The notes under the pieces: generated by a model
Databases searched by the model: none
The model's input: the letters and a program-made list of their open reading frames with translations, nothing else
What the model was told of the DNA's origin: nothing
Part shown: one piece after another, positions 1-6,609 of the stretch
Layout of the letters: each line of letters begins with the position of its first letter
How positions within the stretch are numbered: position 1 is the stretch's first letter
Made by a program: the position numbers and the translations under genes
DNA from: Chthoniobacteraceae bacterium
Lineage (GTDB): Bacteria; Verrucomicrobiota; Verrucomicrobiia; Chthoniobacterales; Chthoniobacteraceae
Direction: 5' to 3'
Length of the DNA stretch: 28,211 nt
Assembly (NCBI GenBank): GCA_040081625.1
Contig: JBEBGD010000072.1
Span: 1 to 28,211 of the forward strand

Positions 1-10
1 TAAGAGACAG
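1..10 (+). other. Tn5/Nextera mosaic-end adapter remnant (sequencing artefact)
   Basis: TAAGAGACAG is the 3' end of the mosaic end AGATGTGTATAAGAGACAG and sits exactly at the window start. Confidence 0.85.
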
Positions 11-523
11 GTAGGTGCAGACGGCGGGGGTAAAGCCGGCGTCGCCTCCGCGGTCGCCGCTCGCAGGCATCCCCCCCGTCGCAGGCCGGCTGGTCTTTTT
101 CGGCGGGAGCGGCGAAGTCGCGCGGACAGTAGGCGCAGGCCGAGCCGGCATCGTCACAGGAGCATCGGCGGCGATGCTCGTGAGCGGATCGACAGGGATC
201 GGCATGGCCGGCTCGACGACAGGCGGCGGAGGCTGTGCGGGCTCGGGAGGCGTAGCGGGAGGTTCGACTTGTGGTGGCTCCGCGACGGGCGGCTCATCCA
301 CGACGAGTCCGAATGTGACGCTTGGCGTGACCTCGTTCCCGGCGGGCAGGTGCGGGCGGCCGATCGTGAACGTCGCGACCGCCGCGAAGAGCGCGGCGTG
401 CAGCAGCATCGAGACGGAAAGCGCGACCGGCGCGCGGCGCGCGGCCTTAGAAACGCAGCGTTCCCCGCACGCGGAACGTGCGCGGTTCGGTCGGATGGAG
501 ATGGATGTCGTCGATGCCTTCAT
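11..523 (-). CDS. tonB: Energy transducer TonB, 3'-truncated at the window edge (absent from ORF track)
   Basis: Manual translation: TM anchor VALSVSMLLHAALFAAVATFTI with S-x3-H motif, then Pro-rich linker (EPPVAEPPQVEPPATPPEPAQPPPPVVEP), ending ...GFTPAVCTY at the adapter. Directly downstream of a TBDR. Start ATG 523 or ATG 409, uncertain. Confidence 0.8.
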
Positions 524-2573
524 CGGGTTCGCCGGGAAGGCGGGAGGTGTAGAAGTATTCGATGTCGTTGTCCTCGCGATCAAAAATGTTCAGGCACTCG
601 ACGGCGACCTCCCAGCGCTCGGTGCGGTAACCGATGACGCCGTTGAAGAGGATGCTGTCCGAGCCCTTCACGGAATTGTCCTCGACGAGCGGGCGCTGGT
701 CGAAGACCCGCGCGCGGATGCTGCCGAACGGCCCGTGCTCCCTGCCGGCCGTCACGCCGGCATTGAGCATCCACGGCACGCTGTCCGGGATGCGGTCGAG
801 CCCGCCCACGTCGCGGAAGCGCGCGTGCGTCGCCGCGAACTCGGCGTCGAGTGTGAACCAATCCGCAGGCCGGTAGTAGGCGGCGACTTCCACTCCGTAG
901 CGCCGCGATGCAGGGCCGGGTTCGTTCGTGCCGGCGTCGCCGACATAGACCAGTTCGCTGTCGTTATCGAGCCACCAGAACGCCGCGGTGAGCGTGAGCT
1001 TCGGCACCACATGGGTGCGGATGCCGACCTCGTAACCGAACGTGCGCACGAGCGGATCGACCGGCTGGACGGAGTCGCCCGTCTCGGGATCGCGCGCGGT
1101 GTTCACGCCCCGCGCGTCGTTCGAGTGGAAGCCGGTGCCGGCGTTGAGATACAGCTCGGTCTCCTTCCACGGGCCGAAGACCGCGCTGAACTTCGGGCTG
1201 ATCAGGCCGCGCGAATCGGAGCCGGAGTTGCGCCAGTCGCCGCTCGCCACGTCGAACCAGAAATAGTCGCCACGCACGCCGAGCGTCGTGCGAAACCAAT
1301 CCGTCCAGTGCGACGTCGCCTCCGCGAAAAGGCCGACGCTTCCCTCATACACCGAGTCCTCGCGCACCGTGCGGAATCGCTGGCGCGCCTCGCTTTTGTA
1401 GAGCCCGATGGGGTCGATCCAGTCATGCCGGGTCTGCACGCCGAGCACGAAGCTGCTCATCACGCCGAAGACCTGCCGGTTGTTCCACTCGCGCGCCGCT
1501 TCGCCCCCGGCGGTCCAGCGCTGCTCGGCCTGTTCGAACTGATCGCCGCGCTCCGGGTCGTCGAGGAAGTAGGTGAAGTTCGAGAACAGATCGAGGTCGT
1601 AGGAAAAGCCGTAAGCGTTCGCGCGCCATACGTCGTCGATGGTCGGTGCGACGGGTGGTGCCTTGTCGATCAGTGATTTGCCGACCGCCTTGCCCGGCTC
1701 GGGCGCGACGCCGCCTTCACTGCGCCGCCAGTCGAGTTGCAGGCTGTAGCGCTGGCTATCGCCGCCCGCGCGCGGATCGACATAGCCGAAGCGATCGAGC
1801 CGTCCGCCCACGATCGCGCGCTGCGGAATCTGGTCGCTCGATTGCCACACACCGCGATAGCCCATGGCCGTGATCGAGAAGTGATTCTCCGAGTCGCCGG
1901 TGAACCAGCGCGCGAAGCCGTTCCAGCGGCTCGTCTGCTCGGGCAGCGCCCACGGTCCGTCCACATAGGTGTATTCGAGCGCGAGCGTGAGCTTCGCATG
2001 CGCGCCCGCGCTGAACGAATCGGCGATCAGCCCGCGCCAGTAATTATGCTCGCCCCACGTGACACTCGCGATGCCCTGCGGCAGGTAATCGTAGAGCTTG
2101 AAGTGCGCGGCGCCCGCGCTCGAGAGGTCGCCATTGCGCGCCGCATACACGCCCTTCTCGTAGTCCACGCGCTCGACCAGCTCAGGCAGGAGGATATTCA
2201 AGTCCGCGTAACCCTGCCCATGCGAGTGCGTGCGCATGTTCACGGGCATCCCGTCGATATCGATCGCGAAGTCCGTGCCGTGATCGAGGTTGAAGCCGCG
2301 TAGGAAATACTGGTTCGCCTTCCCGCCGCCCGCGTGCTGCGTAATGATGACGCCCGGCACCACCTCGAGGATTTCCCCGCGCCGACCATACGGCCGCGCT
2401 TGAATCTCCGCCGCGCTCGCCTGTCCCTTCGAAGCCGACGTCGTCACGCCGAGCAAGTCTTCCGCTTTGCCCGTGATGACGATCTCCGGCAGCGTGGTGG
2501 GTGTGGCGTCCTCGGCATGTCCCGCCCATGACAGGCCCGCGAGTGTGGCGAGTAGGAGTCGTGTCAATTTCAT
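447..2573 (-). CDS. TonB-dependent outer-membrane receptor, probable metal uptake
   Basis: Signal peptide, TonB-box-like EIVITG, plug motifs QHAGGGKANQYFLRGFNLDHGTDF and THSHGQGY, NIFD near C-terminus, terminal Phe (GTLRF). Confidence 0.93.
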   Translation of the reverse strand: MKLTRLLLATLAGLSWAGHAEDATPTTLPEIVITGKAEDLLGVTTSASKGQASAAEIQARPYGRRGEILEVVPGVIITQHAGGGKANQYFLRGFNLDHGTDFAIDIDGMPVNMRTHSHGQGYADLNILLPELVERVDYEKGVYAARNGDLSSAGAAHFKLYDYLPQGIASVTWGEHNYWRGLIADSFSAGAHAKLTLALEYTYVDGPWALPEQTSRWNGFARWFTGDSENHFSITAMGYRGVWQSSDQIPQRAIVGGRLDRFGYVDPRAGGDSQRYSLQLDWRRSEGGVAPEPGKAVGKSLIDKAPPVAPTIDDVWRANAYGFSYDLDLFSNFTYFLDDPERGDQFEQAEQRWTAGGEAAREWNNRQVFGVMSSFVLGVQTRHDWIDPIGLYKSEARQRFRTVREDSVYEGSVGLFAEATSHWTDWFRTTLGVRGDYFWFDVASGDWRNSGSDSRGLISPKFSAVFGPWKETELYLNAGTGFHSNDARGVNTARDPETGDSVQPVDPLVRTFGYEVGIRTHVVPKLTLTAAFWWLDNDSELVYVGDAGTNEPGPASRRYGVEVAAYYRPADWFTLDAEFAATHARFRDVGGLDRIPDSVPWMLNAGVTAGREHGPFGSIRARVFDQRPLVEDNSVKGSDSILFNGVIGYRTERWEVAVECLNIFDREDNDIEYFYTSRLPGEPDEGIDDIHLHPTEPRTFRVRGTLRF

Positions 2574-2634
2574 AGTCAGGTCGCGTGCTTAGATACGCCG
2601 CCCTTCGCGGCGTCAAGCCCGTCATCCCGAGCAC

Positions 2635-2652
2635 AAATGCCAGCTTGCAGTT
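2635..2652. promoter_or_regulatory. Imperfect palindrome, candidate metalloregulator operator in divergent promoter region
   Basis: AAATGCCAG|CTTGCAGTT, 7 of 9 positions symmetric, between the divergent TBDR and leader ORF. Confidence 0.25.
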
Positions 2653-2654
2653 CC

Positions 2655-3056
2655 ATGCACGTTCGACACATTGCGCGCCTCGCCGTGCTGCTCCGCCTTT
2701 CCAAAACCCTAGCACTCATCGCCGTCGTGCAGATCCTCGGCGGCAACTGGATCGCGCTGCAGTCAGTCGCGTGGGTCGGGATGGTGATCGACTACTCGAA
2801 GGAAGCGCCGCTCAGCGTGGCAATCGAGAAAACCTTCGACGGCGCGCACCCGTGCGGCTTGTGCAAGACGGTGAGCGAGGGACGCAGCAAGGAGCAGAAG
2901 AGCGCGAAGACCAGGACGCTCGTGAAGTTTGAAGCGGTGCTCGCGCGCGGAGTGGTCATCATGGAGCCCGCTTCCGAGGCATTTGAATTTCCGCGTCTCG
3001 TCGAGACGCACTCGTCGCCGGCCCTCGCGCCGCCGACTCCGCCGCCGCTCGTCTAG
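2655..3056 (+). CDS. Small membrane-targeted CxxC protein with Pro-rich C-terminus (DUF2946/CruR/CutF-like leader ORF)
   Basis: Hydrophobic N-terminus, LQSVAWVGM, KTFDGAHPCGLCK (CxxC at 2853-2864), C-terminus PALAPPTPPPLV. In-frame alternative starts at 2637 (ATG) and 2685 (GTG). Confidence 0.8.
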   Translation: MHVRHIARLAVLLRLSKTLALIAVVQILGGNWIALQSVAWVGMVIDYSKEAPLSVAIEKTFDGAHPCGLCKTVSEGRSKEQKSAKTRTLVKFEAVLARGVVIMEPASEAFEFPRLVETHSSPALAPPTPPPLV

Positions 3057-3060
3057 CTCC

Positions 3061-3247
3061 CGGCATCCCTGCAGCCACCGCGCTTTCGCGCCGTGCTTCG
3101 CTTTGCGCTGTCACGCGTGGCTGCATCTGCCGCCCTCGTTTTTTCCGCGAGGGGATCGGAGTCCACGGAGCGCGCCTGGGAAGCGCCGCGCCCGACACAG
3201 TTGAGGTGATGTTCATAGACCTCCGTGGCTCCGCCCCCTCGCCGGAA
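3061..3247 (+). promoter_or_regulatory. Structured intergenic RNA: two long hairpins plus an alternative pairing
   Basis: 3070-3082 pairs with 3114-3125 (extended by 3061-3065/3128-3132). 3143-3170 pairs with 3221-3247. CCCTCG 3133-3138 can alternatively pair with CGAGGG 3148-3153. Confidence 0.6.
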
Positions 3248-3275
3248 GCTTCCTCTCCCCTTGTCCGTTCGTTTC

Positions 3276-6200
3276 ATGCCTTCACCTCATCGCCTGTTCA
3301 GCCTCGCTTTCGTGCTGCTCTGCGCCGCCGCGTTTCCGCTGCGCGCCCAGGGCTACACGCATTTCGAGGCGCGGCAGACGCACTCGATCGCGCTGACGCC
3401 CGACGGCAATCGCCTGCTCGCGCTCAACTCGCCGGATGCGCGGCTCGCCGTCTTCGACGTGTCGAACCCGAACGCCGCGCCGGTGCTGGTCGCGGAGATC
3501 CTCGTCGGGCTCGCGCCGGTCGCCGTGCGCGCGCGGACGGATGATGAAGTGTGGGTCGTCAACGAAGTCGGCGACAGCATCTCGATCGTCTCGCTGGGCA
3601 GGAAAGCGGTCGTCGCCACGCTGCGCGCGCCGGATGAACCGGCCGACGTCGTGTTCGCGCAGGGAAAGGCGTTCGTGACGTGCGGGCGCAATAATCTCGT
3701 GCGCGTCTTCGACACCGCGACGCGGCTGGAGGTGGCGTCGATCCCGCTCGGCGGGCTCGATCCGCGGGCGCTCGCGACGGATGCCGCGGGCACGACGGTC
3801 TATGCGGCGTTCCTGCTCTCGGGCAATGCGACGACCGTCCTCGTCAAGGAAGCCGCGCCCGCTCAGCCGCCGCCGACGAACACCGCGCTTCCGGCGGCGC
3901 CGCAGACCGCGCTTATCGTGCCCGCGAACGATTCGCGCATCCACTACACGGTGCTCGATCGCGACGTGGCGCAGATCGACGCGGCGACCGGGACGGTGAC
4001 GCGTTACCTCGGCGGCGCCGGGACGAATCTCTTCGACCTCGCGGTGCATCCGGTTTCCGGAGACCTGTGGGTGGCGAATACCGAGGCGCGCAATCTCGTG
4101 CGCTTCGAGCCGGCGCTGCGCGGACACATCGCCGACCACCGGCTCACGCGGCTCGCAGCGGGCGACGGCGCGGCGACGGTCTTCGACCTGAATCCCGCGC
4201 CGCAGGCCGGGGCGCTCGCGCAGCCGACGGCGCTCGTTTTCTCCGCCGACGGCAGCGAGGCGTGGGTCGCGGCGTTCGGGAGCGATCGCGTGGCGAAGAT
4301 CGACACGGCGACGGGCACAGTGCTCGACCGCATCGACGTGCGCACGGGCGGTGGCGGTTCGGACGTGATGCGCGGCCCGCGCGCGCTGGCGCTGCATCCC
4401 GCGCAGCCGCGGCTCTTCGTGCTGAACAAGCTCTCCGACACGGTCACGCTCATCGCCACGGACACGGGCGCGGTCGTCGCCGAGGTGCCGCTCGCCAGCC
4501 ACGACACGATGCCGGCGACGATCCGCGAAGGACGCGGCTTCCTTTTCGATGCGCGACTTTCCGGCAACGGAACCGCGTCGTGCGCGACGTGCCACCTCGA
4601 CGCCGATCGCGACGGGATCGCGTGGGATCTCGGCGACCCGGGCGGCGACATGGTGACGGTGATCGGCGCAAACCTCGTCGCCCACGACACGAGGCCGCGC
4701 GCGCGGACGATGCACCCGATGAAAGGGCCGATGGTCACGCAGACGCTGCGCGGCATGCAGGACGGCGCGCCGTTCCACTGGCGCGGCGACCGCGCGACGC
4801 TCGCGGACTTCAATCCGACCTTCGACAGGCTCATGGCCGGCTCGGAGATCGCGGCGGACGACATGAGCGCGCTCGCCGCCTACTTGCTCGCGCTGCGGCA
4901 TCACCCGAATCCGAACCGGGAGAAGGACGGCGCGCTGCCGCTCACTTTCGACGGAGCGAATCCACTGCGCGGACAGACGCTTTTCACATCGCACGTCAAT
5001 CACTGCGCGGTCTGCCACGAACTGCCACGCGGCACGAACAACAACATCGACCTTCACCAGGAAGTGGGCGCGTCGCAGCCGATCAAGACGCCGCCCCTCG
5101 CGACGACCTATCAGCGCATCTTCTTCAATCCGCGGACCGGCCAGCAATCGCTGAGCGGCTTCGGCATGAACCACGACGGCACCGGCTTCGCGCTGCCGAC
5201 GGCGCATCCCTACGTGCTCGATACGCTGAGCACGCCCGCGGATTTCGCGGACGTGACGGCGTTCGTGATGTGCTTCGACAGCGGCACCGCGCCGGCGGTC
5301 GGCGACAGCGTGACGGTCGATGCGACCTCCGCGCCGCTCGACGAGATCGCGCGCATGGAGACCGCGAACCAGGCCGGCGCGGCGGACCTCGTGGTGGAAG
5401 GGACGATCGGCGGCGAGCGGCGGCACTTCGTCTTCTCCCGCGCGCTCCAGCAGTATGTGCCCGGCGTTTTCGGCGAAGCACCTCTGAGCCGCGGCGCGCT
5501 GCTCGCCGCGCTCAGCGGGGACGACACGCTCACCTTTCTCGGCGTGCAGCCGTTCGAGGGCGCGCGCTTCGGCAGCGACGTGAACCGCAACGCCGTGCTC
5601 GCGGACGACTCGTTTTTCACGCGCAGCAAAACGGCGCCGCTCGTGGTCGCCGCGGAGCGCGGCGTGCTCGCGAATGACACACGCGTGGCCGCGCCGGGCG
5701 ATCTGGCGGAGCTTTCATTTTCGGCGGGCCGGGGCGATGCGGTGCTGGCGTCCGACGGCGCGCTCACTTACACGCCGGGACCGGACTTCGGCACGGCGGA
5801 GATCGACATCTTCGCCTATCGCGTGCTGATCGCGGGCGACGCGGGGAATGCGACCTCCGCGGCGAACGCGACCGTCAGCACGATGGCGTCCGCGGCGGCG
5901 CGATACACCGGGCACCTCAAAGCGGATGGAAGCCAGGCGGTCGCGGGTTTCGTGAACGTGATCGTGACCCGAACGGGCGCGTGGAGCGGCTCGGCGCGGC
6001 TCGGCGCGACAAAGCAGGCGCTCAAGGGCAGGGTCGAGGTGAATGGCGAGCTGCGTCCGTCGCGCGCGCCGGCGCTCGACGTCGCGCTTCGGCTCTCCGC
6101 ACGGCCGAACGGCCATCGCAGCGTCGGCGCGTTCGTGCGCAGCGGCAGCGATCTTTTCACCGGCACGATGGAGCGTTCGCCGTTCACGCGCCTCGCGCCT

Positions 6201-6581
6201 GCGCCGGGCGCCGGCCGGCATGTGCTGAATCTCACGGTCGCGAGCAGCACTGGCACCGCGCCAGCCGACGCAGGCCGCGCGACATTGAAGGTAAGCAAGC
6301 TCGGCGTCGCCACGATCGCGGGACGACTGGGCGACCGGACGAAGTTCTCGTGCGGCGCCGTCGTCGCGCCGCGCACCGGCGGCGGGTGGCGGCTGCCGGT
6401 CTATTCGGTCGTCTATAAATTTCCGCCGGGCACCGTGAGCGGCTCGCTCGAGTTCGATCCCGCGCTCACCACCGGCGTCGCCGGGACGCTCCACGTCGTG
6501 AAGCCACCGCAAACCCGCACCGGCCCGTTCCAGGACGGGTTCACGGTCGATTACGCCGTCTCAAACGCACTCACCCCGTAG
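3276..6581 (+). CDS. Secreted YVTN-type beta-propeller + di-heme cytochrome c (CCP/MauG superfamily) + Ig-like + C-terminal beta-rich domain
   Basis: Signal peptide from ATG 3276 (MPSPHRLFSLAFVLLCAAAFPLRA). Propeller repeats (VWVVNEVGDSISIV, LFVLNKLSDTVTLI). LSGNGTASCATCH (CxxCH 4581-4595), FHWRGDR, GQTLF...CAVCH (5004-5018), IKTPPL, NHDG. RGVLAND...DGALTYTP Ig/cadherin-like repeat. Confidence 0.88.
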   Translation: MPSPHRLFSLAFVLLCAAAFPLRAQGYTHFEARQTHSIALTPDGNRLLALNSPDARLAVFDVSNPNAAPVLVAEILVGLAPVAVRARTDDEVWVVNEVGDSISIVSLGRKAVVATLRAPDEPADVVFAQGKAFVTCGRNNLVRVFDTATRLEVASIPLGGLDPRALATDAAGTTVYAAFLLSGNATTVLVKEAAPAQPPPTNTALPAAPQTALIVPANDSRIHYTVLDRDVAQIDAATGTVTRYLGGAGTNLFDLAVHPVSGDLWVANTEARNLVRFEPALRGHIADHRLTRLAAGDGAATVFDLNPAPQAGALAQPTALVFSADGSEAWVAAFGSDRVAKIDTATGTVLDRIDVRTGGGGSDVMRGPRALALHPAQPRLFVLNKLSDTVTLIATDTGAVVAEVPLASHDTMPATIREGRGFLFDARLSGNGTASCATCHLDADRDGIAWDLGDPGGDMVTVIGANLVAHDTRPRARTMHPMKGPMVTQTLRGMQDGAPFHWRGDRATLADFNPTFDRLMAGSEIAADDMSALAAYLLALRHHPNPNREKDGALPLTFDGANPLRGQTLFTSHVNHCAVCHELPRGTNNNIDLHQEVGASQPIKTPPLATTYQRIFFNPRTGQQSLSGFGMNHDGTGFALPTAHPYVLDTLSTPADFADVTAFVMCFDSGTAPAVGDSVTVDATSAPLDEIARMETANQAGAADLVVEGTIGGERRHFVFSRALQQYVPGVFGEAPLSRGALLAALSGDDTLTFLGVQPFEGARFGSDVNRNAVLADDSFFTRSKTAPLVVAAERGVLANDTRVAAPGDLAELSFSAGRGDAVLASDGALTYTPGPDFGTAEIDIFAYRVLIAGDAGNATSAANATVSTMASAAARYTGHLKADGSQAVAGFVNVIVTRTGAWSGSARLGATKQALKGRVEVNGELRPSRAPALDVALRLSARPNGHRSVGAFVRSGSDLFTGTMERSPFTRLAPAPGAGRHVLNLTVASSTGTAPADAGRATLKVSKLGVATIAGRLGDRTKFSCGAVVAPRTGGGWRLPVYSVVYKFPPGTVSGSLEFDPALTTGVAGTLHVVKPPQTRTGPFQDGFTVDYAVSNALTP

Positions 6582-6609
6582 CCCGATCCAATCACACCAA
6601 CACCACATC

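Noticed and set aside
1..10. Native Tn5/IS50 transposon end
   Set aside because: Located at the very edge, interrupts tonB, no transposase; library adapter is far more likely
15..1676. 553-aa plus-strand ORF and other long shadow ORFs (3282-5426, 4067-5677, 6952-8607, 10510-13044, 11183-12913, 15631-17130, 18124-19740, 20588-22588, 22254-23816, 25542-26771)
   Set aside because: Antisense or off-frame to well-supported genes, Arg/Ala/Gly-rich with no motifs; expected in high-GC DNA
3150..3230. Possible cobalamin riboswitch (GGGAAG at ~3178, AGACCT at ~3217)
   Set aside because: Core elements (GGTG-AA-TCC, GCCACTG, AG(C/T)CAG before AGACC) are missing or out of order; an Rfam scan would settle it
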